Below are positions 37,986-51,754 of a stretch of 64,000 nt of DNA, piece after piece. Source of the DNA: Octopus vulgaris (Eukaryota); contig OX597827.1 of the NCBI GenBank assembly GCA_951406725.2, positions 36,146,001-36,210,000 on the forward strand, read 5' to 3'. Position numbers and translations under genes: made by a program. The stretch's first letter is position 1. Each line of letters begins with the position of its first letter. The notes under the pieces were generated by a model. It did no database searches and was not told the DNA's origin. It saw only the letters and a program-made list of their open reading frames with translations.

Positions 37986-38208
37986 AGCTGGCAGAAATGT
38001 TAGCACACCGGGCGAAATGCGTAGCCGTATTTCATCTGCTGTTGCGTTCTGAGTTCAAATTCCGCCGAGGTCGACTTTGCCTTTCATCCTTTCGGGGTTG
38101 ATAAATTAAGTACCAGTTACGCACTGGGGTCAATGTAATCAACTTAATCCCTTTGTCTGTCCTTGTTTGTCCCCTCTGTGTTTAGCCCCTTGTGGGTAGT
38201 AAAGAAAT
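37986..38208 (+). mobile_element. SINE family A copy
   Basis: Same 3' variant (..GGGTAGTAAAGAAATA) as 31542; TATATTGA on both flanks. Confidence 0.9.
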
Positions 38209-38364
38209 ATATATTGATTGCCCCCTCCCGGTGTTTTACTGGTATGACACTTGCAAGGGTGAATAGTCATGTCAAGCTTTGTGAGATTTGAACTTACACT
38301 GTAATATTAACTGTCTTGGTTATATGTACAGACATGTGAGTGTTTACAAATGTGTCTTTCAGGT

Positions 38365-39400
38365 CATCATCATTGTCATCGTCATTATCATCATCATCAT
38401 CATCATTCTCATTCTCACACTCATTTCTTCATGCTTGCACGGGTTGGACAAGTCTTCTCCAGCACAATGCTTCATTACTTGTTGCAATCCTTTGTTATTA
38501 TTTCTCTCATGAGGTTTAGCCTTTTGAGATTACCCTTCATTACATCTTCCTATCTATGTCTTCTTCAGTCTATTTCCTCAGATTCCATCTGCTTGGATCA
38601 ATTTGACACAACATAACTATTACCTTCTGTATGCATCACTTTATCATACCAGTATTCTTTCTTGTGTGATACTTCTGATTCCTTTTATACCTAGTTTCTC
38701 TCAGCTCATTTGTGACCCATTGTTCACACATGTTAACATTAAACATTCAGCAGAACATACCTCATTTCTTTCCAGTCTTCCTAAATCCTCTGCAGTCAAT
38801 GCTCATATCTCACTAAAATGCTACATCACAAACAGCATTTAATTGTATGCAAACAGCATATAATCTGTCCTTCACTCGGAAAAACAATCCTTACTTTACC
38901 AGTAGAGGTCTCTCTTCATTTCAGAACTTTTCTCGTCCTATTCCTTACTCAGGCTGTTATGTTTTTAGTGAAGCTCCCTCATCTCCTTATCAGGTTACCT
39001 TGGTAAAAGAAAGGATTAACAACATCTAAGAAACTTTCTGAGCATAGGAAATAGTTTATTTCGCTGGAATTCTCACAACTAATTAATTCTGTGTGCATGC
39101 TGCTTACAAAGTCTGTGACTGTATATACTATACTATTCCATCACCATATCACCTGTCTCGTTGGAACTTTGTATCAAATGCATGTCAGGTTTGTAGCAAG
39201 TTATATAGAAACTCCCAGATAATCTCTTATGTTATAAGTCTCCATCTCTCTCTTTTTCTCATAATCACACCTCCTAGTATGTCTCTAAGCCTATATCAGT
39301 TAAGGGGATCTTTCAGCTTCCATATCTTCCTTCATTAGATTGCCTTGTGTTTCTTAGTCAGGACTGATCTTAACCTAGGCACACTGATCGCTGGTGGTCC
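38365..39400 (-). mobile_element. Heavily decayed RTE-like LINE 3' end with (GAT)n tail
   Basis: Remnants PLLVK.GL.FRVKDRLY..C and (CAT)n on the plus strand at 38365-38410. Confidence 0.6.
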
Positions 39401-39950
39401 TAGTCTTATACTAGAGTTACTGATCAATGTATGGAGCAATATATTCTTCAGCACAGAAGAATTGTGTACACACACCCAGTTCCTATCCTGTTTTCTGATG
39501 ACTAAAATGTCTATCTGGCTTGCATGTTTGTCTAATTGGGAGGTGATTGGATGTCTAGCCAGTTTTCTGAACTTAATGTTGCAAACATTATGTCATTTGT
39601 GTCATAGAAGTCATAATCATTTTGTCAAACCATATCCATAGCCTCCATGTGTGCTGGAAATTTTTTTACAGTGTTGCTCTATATGTCCATTACTGTCACC
39701 AGCTGTGATGATGACAACTAAAGTTCTGCAGCAGCATGTATGTGGATAAATTATGAATAAATTGACATATGTATGTTTAATAAATGCATATCAGATTCAC
39801 TATGTAAATAAAACATGCAGATGAACCTAAGAACAACTGCTCAACTAGTTTTGATTGGTTATTGCCATCTTGTCAAGAGTATCTACTTGTGCTTGTTCCA
39901 TAGAGGGAGGAAGCAGCTTAAAACTCTTTGTAATTAAATACTATGTGTAA

Positions 39951-40284
39951 TCTATACATATAAAACAAAGGATATCTGTGTGTGTAGTATGTATGCATTT
40001 CTACAGTTTTCAACCGATTTTCACCAAACTTTACACACACATTACTTACATGCCAAGGATGGTCAAGCACTGTAACATTTTGCCCAGAAGTCTTGTGTAA
40101 AGTGAGAAACCAGGAAAAACAGTGTTTTACACAGGTTTTTCTCTAAAAACTTCTGCAGTTTTCAACCAATTCTTTTCCTTTTCTTTCTCTGTTTATTTCT
40201 CTCTTCTCTCTCTTTTTCTCACTCTCTGTTTCTCTTCCTTATACATATTCTCTCTCACCCTCTTTTTTAGTATGTGTCTTTCTC

Positions 40285-40341
<57 letters not shown>

Positions 40342-41075
40342 AACTCACTCACACGCTAATTTCTTTCTACAAATTGACTTCCGTATGTTTCAATTAGTTG
40401 TGCGTAAAAATCTCTGTTGTTTTTGTATGTTCTCCCTGAAAAATAATTTAGTTATGTTCACCTAGTGTTTTTAAATTCAGTTTTGCCACATCTGCCTAAA
40501 AATTGACTTCACTGTATTTCAATTTTGTTGTGCGTAAATATCTTTGTCTTTATGGTATTTGTAGGTTCTCCCTACAACATTACCTATTTAAAATTTTTTG
40601 CACTCCATCTATTTAAATACACTATTTACATTTCTCCCTCTATTACAAAACATTGTGTGTGCTGTTGTGCATGCATATGTATGACTACTATGGGCCACAT
40701 ACAACCGATAAGCCTTTATTACTAACCAATGAGATTTTAACCATGCCACTGAGTGGTCATGCATTAGAAAAAGCTATCCTAAAGTGGCTCAAGTTTTTTC
40801 ACTCAAACTCTTTTCTTCTAGAGCTTTATACACTCAAACAGGTTTTGTAAGTTCTGTCTACAAATTGACTTCCTTGTATTTAAATTAGTAATGCGTAAAA
40901 ATCTCTGTTGTTACGGTTTTTGTACGTTCTCCCTGAAAAATAATTTAGTTATTTTTAATTTTTGTTTACCCAATGTGTTTCAAATCAGTTTTGCTACATA
41001 TACCTCAAAATTGACTCCAGTGTATTTCGATTTTGTCATGGATAAATATCTTTGCCTTTACAGTATTTGTATGTC
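39951..41075 (+). mobile_element. Non-autonomous Helitron-like element, 5' part
   Basis: A|TCTATACATATAAAAC start; CCGATTTTCACCAAACTT motif; internal AAATTGACTTC repeats; inverted homology to 43290-43507. Confidence 0.68.
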
Positions 41076-41434
41076 AAGGCAGTGAGGTGGCAAAATCGTT
41101 AGCACACCGGGTGAAATACTTAGCAGTATTTCGTCTGCCGTTACGTTCTGAGTTCAAATTCCACCGAGGTCGACTTTGCCTTTCATCCTTTCGGGGTTGA
41201 TTAAATAAGTACCAGTTACGCACTGGGGTTGATATAATCAACTTAATCCCTTTGTCCTTGTTTGTCCTCTCTGTGTTTAGCCCCTTGTGGGTAGTAAAGA
41301 AATAGATGCACTACTATTAATATTACACGAGACTCAACATTCTATATCAATGGCTCACAGTGAACTGCTTACCAACACAAACTGCCAATCACTCACGGTT
41401 CTTTAGTCACTTGGTGTTTGGTTGGAATCCTTCC
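41076..41434. mobile_element. SINE A plus Gypsy LTR junction, duplicate of 31543-31934
   Basis: Same junction AAGAAATAGATGCACTACTATTA followed by LTR sequence to GGAATCCTTCC. Confidence 0.88.
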
Positions 41435-41519
41435 CTAGGTCAACCAAAGCCTTATAAGTGGATTTGGTAGATGGTAACTGATGTCCATCATGTGTATGTG
41501 TTTATATATATATATATAT

Positions 41520-41728
41520 AAAGTTGATCCAAACATAAAAACACAAAGAAAACACAATGCAAGGTCAAGGAACAAGTATAGTGTTATTGGACGCTCAGGA
41601 AAGGAGAGGAAGAAGGAGAATTTAACATTTTGAGCGGAGCTCTTCATCAGGAACATAGAAAAAGGAAAGATCCAAGGAAGGGAAGATGGAGGAAAAAAAT
41701 CGCCAACGATACAAATATGGTCACATAC
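41520..41728 (-). mobile_element. Family H1 hammerhead repeat in (TA)n, G12 mutated
   Basis: Minus strand CTGATGA-A-GAGC-TCC-GCTC-AAAA-TG-TT-AAA at 41621-41656. Confidence 0.75.
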
Positions 41729-42384
41729 TATATATATATATATATATATATAAGCTTAAAGCTTATAAGGTGTCATGCTGTATTGACTAAAGAATACAGT
41801 TTAATATTGGGGCATATAAGCCCTCAATGGAAAAAAGTGGGTTTTCCATACAAGTGAGACTTATGATAAGCCCACTTGCTTCTTCCCATCAGATTTAAGT
41901 GCGATAATTTCATAGCATTGTTTTTATAAACAAACAATCATGTGCATTTTCTGCAAAGATTTGATAAGTGGAGGAAAATTTACAATTCTGTAAATAATAA
42001 TAGTAATGACCCAAAAATTTCATCCTGACCTCCAGAATGGAAATTTTCAGACCATGTTTGCATTTTAGAAGATTCCTGCTGGTGTTTTGGAATCCGCAAG
42101 GTGACGCCACAGCTGGAAGCCAATAGCCAAGGCCAAAGAGAGTCAATTGTTTACCTTCATGGTTCTTTGGTGAGGGCAAGATGGCAGCACAGCTGAAGTT
42201 CGATGGCCAATGGAAAAGGGAGATAATCACCTAGTGTTTACCTTTATAGTGAGGCATTTCCCCCTCCATATTTTGAAGAGGTCTTAGGCCAGCAGTGTTT
42301 GGGGTCTGAAGATACACCATAAGGCCAAACTCCTTATGAGTGAGAAACCCAGGGTAACCCCATAAACTGGCCTCCCCCATTATA

Positions 42385-42452
<68 letters not shown>

Positions 42453-42469
42453 AGAGGGACAGACAGACA

Positions 42470-43507
42470 TAACAAATTCTTGATTTAGCTGATCTTTGAT
42501 GGAAGATATTAAATGAAAATTTTATTACACCTGGGATCACATAACATGCATGTTTGCAATATCACTGAAAACAATGCCCTGAGACCTTTGGGGAACTTTG
42601 ATGCAAAGGCCTCTGCCAGCATCATCTGACACTATGCCTCATCTTCTAGCAACCTGTGCTTGCAGCAGGCCTCCCGGTATGTTCCACATACCTCCCCATC
42701 AAAGGTTCTCAGTTCATAGAAACACACTGGTCCTCTGACCTCGTGCCGTAAAAGACTGGGGTAGAAACACTTCTGTTGACTATGATGGACCATGTAAACT
42801 CTTCCAAGGCTGGGACTTTGATGCAGCAGTCTCTGCCAGTGCTGCATCCTACAGTGCCCCATCTTCTAGCAACCTGTGCTTGAAGCAGGCCTCCTGGTAT
42901 GTTCCACATACCTAGTCTAATGACTACGTCTTTAGATCCTGGAAACACTCCTGTTGACTGGGATGGACTGTGTAAACTCTTCCAAGGCAATTGCCAGGAT
43001 GTCCATCAACATCTTGACCAGCCTTTCTTCGTACCCTCCTACGCTGCTCCCTGCTTTCCATGGCTCTTGCTGTGGCTGTCAAAGGAGTATTTTGTGAATG
43101 TCTTTGTCCAGTCTTGTGTGAGGATCATTTGCTCTCCTTCTCTTCAATGTCTCTGCTGCAGTGGTTTTGCAACCAATATGGGCTCTTTTCTTAAGTAGCA
43201 TTATCTCAGAGTTTAGAAGCTTCAATTACAAAATGCGGATATGGCAAAAGTAAATCTAAATGCACAGAGTGCAATAAATTTAGAGAGAGAAAATGGAGAA
43301 AATCAGTTGAAAACTGCAGAAGTTTTTAGAGAAAAACCCGTGTAAAACACTGTTTTTCAGGGTTTCTTGCTTGAAGCAGGAGCTCTGGGCAAAATGTTAT
43401 AGTGCATGACCATCCTGGGCGTATAAGTAATGTATGTTTAAAGTTTGGTAAAGACTGGTTGAAAACTGTAGAAATGTATACATACTACATACACAGACAT
43501 CCTTTGT
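42470..43507 (-). mobile_element. Helitron remnant with Rep fragment
   Basis: GRVYMVHHSQQKCFYPSLLRHEVRGP...TYREACCKHRLLEDE (ORF 42632-42862), partly duplicated; 5' region matches the 39951 element. Confidence 0.85.
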
Positions 43508-43821
43508 TGAAAGAACATACAAATACCTATTTCTTTACTACCCACAGTGGGACTGAACCCCAAACCATGTAGTTGCAAAGCAAGCATCTTTACCACACAA
43601 CCATGCCTATATGCATATATGTAGTGCACTTTGCTTGTACTCTTTAGGCTGTGTAACCTTTTACTCAGTGGTTTTGATTGTACTTTGCATTTATCATGAA
43701 GACAAATGTCATTTCCCTAAGCATTATTTTATGTCTTTTGAGTTCTTTTGTGGAAATATTTCAGAGGCAAACTTACTGGAAATCTATTGTATCATGCTGT
43801 TGGCATATGAAATGAATACTG

Positions 43822-43874
<53 letters not shown>

Positions 43875-44220
43875 TAGAGAGAGTGAGTATGTGTGTGTGT
43901 GAAGGCATGTGGTCAAATGGTTAGGAAAGTAGTGGTCTTGATTTCTGAACCAATTAATGCATTGTATCTTTGACCAAGGCACTTCACTTCACTTTGTTCT
44001 AATCTACTGAGCTGAGCATGAATGACACCCAGCCCAGTGCTAATGCAACCCTCTCCTCCTCCGGCTGTCACTTCCCAGATGGTCCACTAGATCAGAGTTT
44101 AGGGAGCCAAGTCACACTCACTTGTAAGTGATGGCTGTGTTATATATGGTGGTACAAACAAGAGAAACAGAACCTCACTATTCAAATAGATATATCATTT
44201 TATTTAGTTGTTTATGTGTG

Positions 44221-44260
<40 letters not shown>

Positions 44261-44261
<1 letters not shown>

Positions 44262-44891
44262 CCTCCGTGTTGGTGGCACGTAAAAGCACCATCCGTTCGT
44301 GTCCGTTGCCAGCCTCGCCTGGCCCCCGTGCCGGTGACACGTAAAAGCACCATCCGTTCGTGGCCGTTTGCCAGCTCTGTCTGGCTCCCGTGTCAGTGGC
44401 ACGTAAAAGCACCATCCGTTCGTGTCCGTTGCCAGCCTCGCCTGGCCCCCGTGCCGGTGACACGTAAAAGCACCATCCATTCGTGGCCGTTTGCCAGCTC
44501 TGTCTGGCCCCCGTGTCAGTGGCACGTAAAAGCACCATCCGTTCGTGTCCGTTGCCAGCCTCGCCTGGCCCCCGTGCCAGTGACACGTTAAAGCACCATC
44601 CGTTTCGTGGCCGTTTGCCAGCTCTGTCTGGCCCCCGTGTTGGTGGCATGTAAAAGCACCATCCGTTCGTGGCCGTTTGCCAGCTCTGTCTGGCACCTGT
44701 GCGGGTGGCACGTAAAAAGTACCCACTACACTCACGGCGTGGTTGGCGTTAGGAAGGGCATCCAGCCGTAAAAACACTGCCAGATCTGACTGGGCCTGAT
44801 GAAGCCTTCCAGCTTCACAGACCCCAGTTGAACCGTCCAACCCATGCTAGCATGGAAAACGGATGCTAAATGATGATGATGATGATGATGA

Positions 44892-44893
<2 letters not shown>
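44261..44893 (+). mobile_element. Retroposon 3' part with an internal 61/62 bp tandem array and (GAT)n tail
   Basis: Seven full units from 44267, then GGCGTTAGGAAGGGCATCCAG...CATGGAAAACGGATGCTAAATGATGAT; relatives at about 49880-50445, 59040-59255, 60600-60780 and 61465-61590. Confidence 0.85.
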
Positions 44894-44927
<34 letters not shown>

Positions 44928-45671
44928 TCATACACATATACTTATGCCACATGCACACACCACACACACACGCACAACACAAAACACACACACACCTGTG
45001 TATATATGAGAGCTCCATATACCACTGACCAGGATATAAAAATGAGCTGTGACTCATTTATTGTCTAATTATAAAGTGAATGTAACATTGAGTGTGACAA
45101 ATAATGTGAAGTGAGGTGTCAGCTATTAACACTGAACTGACAAAAAGCTTACACACTGGAGTCACTTACATCATATAAACAGCTTGTGTCACTCTCTCAC
45201 CTGCTGAACTTAGCATGCCTTGTCAGCTCTTACTATTAATTCCATGTCTTAAATCACAGTGTTTACTTTCAAAAATAGACACAGTGGTACTCCACATATA
45301 TCTAAAGGTATCCATAGTTAGTAATCAGGTTTTATAAAACTCCCACCTCTGCCCACTACATTTGTAATAGTTATGGGACATTTTCTAAGGTGGGAATCAG
45401 CAATAGTTGGAGCCAATTCACAAGTGGAGTCACTCAGATATTCCATGTGGTGTTCTCAGAGTTATACTAATTGTTTTTCAAACTTAATGTATTTGTAAGC
45501 TGGCAAAGCATTTCTTCCAACTTTACATTCTAAGTTTAAATGCTGTGATGTTGACTTTGCCTTTCATCCTTTCAGGGGTTGATAAAATATGTATCACTCG
45601 AGCATTGGGGGGGGGGGGTGTAATATACTCACCTCCTCCCCCAAATTTCAGGCTTTAAATCATCTTATTAT

Positions 45672-46050
45672 TTTACTTGTTTCAGTCATTAAACTCCAAC
45701 CATGCTGGGGCACCACTTTGAAAAATTTTAGTCAAATGGTTTGACTCCCAAACTTTTTGTTTTTAAAGTATGGTACTTATTCAAGTGGTCTCTTTTGCTG
45801 AGCTACTAAATTATGCAGATGTAAATACACCAACACCGGTTGCCAATTGGTGGTGGGGGACAAACACACACACACACACACACGCACACACACACACACA
45901 TACAACAAGCTTCTTTCAGTTTCTGCCTACCAAATCCACTCATAAGGCTTTTGTTGGTCTGAAGCTATAGTAGAAGGCACTTGCCCAAGATGTCATGCAG
46001 TGAAACTGAACCCAGAACCATGTGGTTGGAAGCAAACTTCTTGCCACACT
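45672..46050 (-). mobile_element. SINE family C copy
   Basis: Homologous to 55615-55998 in reverse. Confidence 0.82.
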
Positions 46051-46558
46051 ATATTAGGAACAAAAACAAAATGTATTTGTGGTCATTGAACTTTTGATGA
46101 CTAAGATAGTTTTGGTGTCATAATTTGCATAATTTATATTTAGAAAAACATTGGCAGTAATAACAAAGGGTAGTGAATAGGGATATTTTTAGATGTAAGA
46201 CATGATATAATATACAGGTGGGCCATGGGCAAATATGAGATAAAAAAGAATCAAAATCAAAAGCAGGTCTTCTGTAATTGTTATCTGTATTTCCAAGACT
46301 GTGTGTTTGGGTGTATATATGTGTATGTATATATATATAAATTACAGAAAATAAAGTAAATTTTGAGCATGAGATAGGTGTGAAAACAGCTAAATTTTCT
46401 GTAGCCACCAGCTCACAACTTTTTTTTTCGATTTTCTAGGGGTACTTACCCAATTTTCTAGGGTGTTTTTATAGCTATTCAGTGTTTGAAATTTACTTTA
46501 TTATCTATAAAATGCCAACCCACTCAATGCTTCTAAGTTTGTTTATAAAAATATTCTC

Positions 46559-46751
<193 letters not shown>

Positions 46752-46752
<1 letters not shown>

Positions 46753-47575
46753 ATTGTATGCATATATACTGACAGGAACCGTAATCACCCAAAAGCACTA
46801 CTTGAGAATATTTACTATATTGATCAATCAGTTTTGGCTTTTACCATAGCCTCATCAGTAGGGACGGCTGGACTCAGCTGATTCTGAATGAAAGTAATCT
46901 AACAGCTCACCTGCAATGATTGAGAAAGTTGTGGTGAAACAGTCAGCAGAAGCTTAGGTGTTTCGCTCATAAACACACAGATTCAAACCTGCGATCCCTC
47001 AACCACAGGTCTGCTGCTCTATACACTAAGCCAGGTGCCTCCACTGTCAGTATATATGTATACAATTATGTGCTTTGACTACAGAATTAGAGTAGTTTAA
47101 CTCTTATTTATAGCAATGAAGGTGTTCTGACACCGTTAATCATATTTAATGACAATTATAGTTTTCATTTTTGGTAATGCATTGCATACCACTGTACATA
47201 TTAATTATTTGTATACACATTCGCAATTCACTAAATCATCCATAGATTTCTATTGCAAATGCATATATATACTGACAGTGAATTTTATCTGGAATCAGCC
47301 ATGTGGAGCTGTCCCTACTGATGAGGCTATGATAAAAGTCAAAACTAACCAATCAGTATAGGGAATTCTTGACCGGTACCTTCAGGCGCTTATGGTCTCT
47401 GTCAGTATATATGGATACAATTTTGTGCTTTGTCTACAACATTAGAGCAGTTGAGCTCTTATTTCTAGCAGTGTAAGTGTTCTGATATCCTTAGTCATAT
47501 TTAATGACATTTATAGTTTTCCTTTTTGGTAACTCATTGCACCCCTCTGTCCTTATTAATTATTTATATACACAC
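46752..47575. mobile_element. Family H3 retrozyme-like cluster: 355 bp tandem plus an inverted partial copy
   Basis: 47044-47220 is repeated at 47399-47575; hammerhead 47313-47363 (+) and a mirrored copy at about 46815-46864 (-). Confidence 0.72.
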
Positions 47576-47612
47576 ATAAGAGTGTTTGGGCTAAATTTAA
47601 CAGTTTGCATAT

Positions 47613-49815
47613 ATTGTGGAAGGATCCTGACCATCCCCACATGACCAAAAGTGGACTGACACATTTCAGTAAAATAAAGAAACTGTATGCACTATCGGCA
47701 GTTGACAACAATAGTTGACACTTTTGATTGTTCATATTGGATTACTGTATTAATTTGATATCATATCCACATTTGGCATAGTACAGAGTATGTTCTGCAT
47801 GAACATATTAATTCTGCAAAAGGTTATTCTAGATAACCATATCCAATAATTATTTGGGTAATACTATTCCTACACCCAACGGGCACTACAACGTTGTCAT
47901 AGCATTATTGGCAACCTAGGCTGGATAGAATGTCGTTTGGAACATGGAAGAATTACTAGTATCAGTAATTGGATTACAAAAACAGCAACAACAGCAGCTG
48001 GTGGAATGGCAGAAGCAACAGCAACTGTTAATACAGCTGCTACTCAACAGAACAGAAAATACATCAACTTCATTCCCCCCTGATACGGTTGCAAACTCCA
48101 TCGGTGAATTCACATATAACATGGATGAGGGTATTACCTTTTGTGCATACTACAGAAGGTATGAGGAAATGTTTAAAGAAGAGTACTCAAACTGGCAAAA
48201 TGAAAAAAGAACCTGATTTTTGTTGAGGAAGTTGCCCCAGCAGAGCACAAAAAATACTGCCACTATATATTACCAAAGAGACCAGGGGAAGTCTGTTTCA
48301 AAGAAACTGTTGATACCCTTTCAAAGATTTTCAGCAAGAGAAGTTCCTATGGCTATGCATGAATATTACAAAAAAAGAGGACAAAGATTTTATTACATAC
48401 ACTGGAATCGTTAATAATGAATGCAAAAAATTTAAAATGAATAAACTAACACCAGATATGTTTAAATGCTGAAATTTGTTACCAAATTAGAGCAGAATCA
48501 GAAGCTAACACTAAAAGAAATATCTGAGGAATGCCAGAGAATAATAAACCTAAGGCATGATACAGAACAAATTGAAGTAAAAAACTGCTCTCATATACAA
48601 TTGGGATGACCCAAATGAAAAGCAGAAAATTAACCCATGGTTCAGATTGGAGAATTACACTACAGATTCAACTGTCCTTATAAAAATTGAAAATGCTTCA
48701 AGTGTGGTAAGATAGGTCATAAAAAATCACACTGTAAGACAAAACCTAAAAAAACAGTCCAACAGAAAAAAATCATGTAAATAGTTTATTGATGACAAGA
48801 AATCCGAATGAGCCTCAAAGGAAATTTGTGTGTATAAAAATTAATAATACAAATGTAAAAGTACAGTTAAATACAGCTAGTGACATTACTTCAATTAATG
48901 AAAACACTTGGAAAAAAAAATCAGGAAAGCTACACTACAGAAATCCTCAAAAATTGCCTATGACGTAAAAATCCATTTTCAAAGGTGAAATTATTTGTGT
49001 AATATCAGACGTGAACTACCAGTTACATTACAAGACATAAAATTAAAAGTAGAAAATGGTTGATGTTTTAAAAAAATTAAAGAAATACTGAGGGCTAAAA
49101 GAGATAAAAATAAGCATTTTGCTGAAGGCAACAAATTTGAACCTATTCTCAATGTATGACAATGTGTTAATGTAAGTACAAAGAGTCATAGTGCCAGCCA
49201 CACTACAGAAGCGATTACTAAAGCAATTTCACATTAGTCACTCAGCAATTTCAAGAATGAAATTGCTTTGAGAAGTTATGTATATTGGCCAAGAATGGAC
49301 TGTGACATTGAAGAACTAGTGAAAGCATGCAGAAGTTGTGCCCTAGCTGCAAAAGGACCTACCACTAAATGGCAACCATGGCCAAAAACAGATATTCCTT
49401 GGTCCAGATTGCATATTAATTATGCAGGTCCACTTAAGGGTTCATATTACCTTGTTGTGGTGGACAGTTTTTCAAAGTGGCCCGAAGTGCATAAATGTAA
49501 AAAACCAACATCTGAAGATACAGTAAGTTTTTTTACACAAATTGTTTACCAGATATGGTATTCCTGATACCAATGTGTCTGATAATGGAACTCAGTTTAC
49601 TTCAGATGAGTCCAAAAAATTTTGTAAAATGTTCATTATTGAACATATGACCACTCTGCTGTATCATCCTAGGTCAAATGGTCAAGCGGAGCATTTTGTT
49701 GATACTTTTAAGAGGGATTTATAAAAGGTGAACAATGAAGTAATGGACAACCTAGCACTTCAACAATTTCTAAGAGTATGCCAAGTAACACCGAATCTGA
49801 ATACCCCATCTGATG
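47613..49815 (+). mobile_element. Second related Gypsy copy lacking RT/RNase H
   Basis: LTR-like TTGTGGAAGGAT start, PBS-like TGGCAACC near 47909, gag MEELL.., integrase RSYVYWP..CRSC, WSRLHINYAGP, VSDNGTQF, HPRSNGQAE. Confidence 0.88.
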
Positions 49816-49879
49816 TGTTTGAGAATAAATCATTTCCTTATCTGTATCTTAAAATACATCTCAGCACTTCTAAAAAAAA

Positions 49880-50442
49880 GAAGCGTTTCGTAATCCGGCA
49901 GGACACGTGAGGCCATAACCCATGGCCCCTACCTGGGACGTAGTCAGTCCACCTGTGCATACCTTCCTTCTTGGGACACTTGTGAAGACCTGTTGAGGCA
50001 AGTGAAAATCAAACCAAATCAAAATCGATGAACATCAATGGAATTTGTATCTTTGTGGTACCAGTGCCAGTGGCACATAAGAAAACTATCCGAACGTGGC
50101 CATAGCCAGTACCGCATCGACTGGCCTCCGTGCTGTGGGCACGTAACAAACACCATCCGATCGTGGCCGTTCGCCAGCCTCGTCTGGCACCTGTGTCAGT
50201 GGCACATAAAAAACACCATCCGAGCGTGGCCGTTCGCCAGCCTCATCTGGCACCTGTGTCGGTGGCACATAAAATCACCCACTACACTCTCGGAGTGGTT
50301 GGCGTTAGGAAGGGCATCCAGCTGTAGAAACACTGCCAGATCTGACTGGTCTGGTGCAGCCTTCGGGCTTCCCAGACCCCAGTTGAACCGTCCAACCCAT
50401 GCTAGCATGGAAAGCGGACGTTAAACGATGATGATGATGATG

Positions 50443-50445
<3 letters not shown>
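49880..50445 (+). mobile_element. Retroposon of the 44261 family with 3-4 diverged ~62 bp units
   Basis: CACCATCCGATCGTGGCCGTTCGCCAGCCT units and the same (GAT)n tail. Confidence 0.82.
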
Positions 50446-50473
<28 letters not shown>

Positions 50474-51119
50474 TGTCATACAAGCAGTGGTGTTCATTTG
50501 CAATATTTTGTGAAAACATGTTGAGCGATTGTGTTGTTTGTGTTTGAAGGATAAGGGAAAATGTTTGAAAACTAGTGAGGGTCAGCAACAGAAGGGCATC
50601 CACCCATAGGAAATCTGCCTCAATAAATTTCATCTGACACAGGTTAAAATGATCAAGATCATGATCATGATATATTTATTGAGCAGAAAATGACATGTAC
50701 ACATTAATCAATATACATGTATAAGCAATATATTTAAAAAGAAAAGGAAAAAAAAAACAGGATGATGTCTTCTCTGAACAACACCTGTTCATCAAATAAG
50801 CATTGCTAGTAATTATATTGCAACAATGAAGGAAGCATTACTGGTGTCTTGATTTTAACTTGTATTGTTTACATATGCATGTCTGATCATGTAAATTGTT
50901 TGAAGTATGGAAGAAGAATTAATTCATTATAATAGCTTCATGTTTTGACTTAAAAACTAAACAATACTAGTAGCTCCATGACAAAAGTTATTTTACCAAA
51001 CACCTCTTCAAATTCTTTGATTATTTTAAAGGTTAATTAAAATACATGATATATTTCATTAGAAATAAATCACAGAAGGGTAACTAATATAAATTGCTAT
51101 GTAACACACACACCTGTAT

Positions 51120-51158
<39 letters not shown>

Positions 51159-51556
51159 TGAAGTCCGATGACTTTGTGGTTAGGTGTATTCAGCTCACAA
51201 TCATAAGGCCGTGAGTTTGATTCCAGGCAGCACGTGTCCTTGAGCAAGACACTTTACTTCATATTGCTCCACTCCACTCCGGTAGTTATCCTCAAGCCAT
51301 ATACTTGTCCTGAATGCATTCAACTGAGTGGACTCTGCTCAAGACATCCATGGTATCAGGTGGTGGTGAAAATACCAATGTATGGATTAAGATTGGGAAC
51401 AGTTGTATAGAGATGTACTTGTTACATAATGAATATTAAGTGGAAGTAAATGTGATGCATTTTGTATTTAGAACCAGGACATAAATAAAACAATTTTAGC
51501 ATGGAAGACACATTTTAACCATTCAAAACTGTACAAAAACTGTTAACTTCACTTAA

Positions 51557-51754
51557 GCCTTTAGCATTCAGATTAGTTTGTCAAATGTAATGCTTATTTA
51601 TTCACATTGTTTTGAATTACTTATGCATTATCTTGTAGCTTTGAGATTTCGATTATGGGATTAGTAGACATTGTAGGGTGGATGTAAGAGACTGGTTTTG
51701 ACCAGTTTGAATATAAACAAATAGAATATTTTGGACAGTTTAAATGCTAAAACG
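51557..51754. mobile_element. piggyBac-derived MITE
   Basis: TTAA at 51553-51556 and 51755-51758; left ~70 bp matches the 35515 end (TTCAGATT..TGTCAAATGTAATGCTTATTT). Confidence 0.75.

Noticed and set aside
44267-44722. CRISPR-like regular repeats and ORFs 44178-44840
   Set aside because: No unique spacers, no cas genes, eukaryotic context; a tandem array inside a retroposon.
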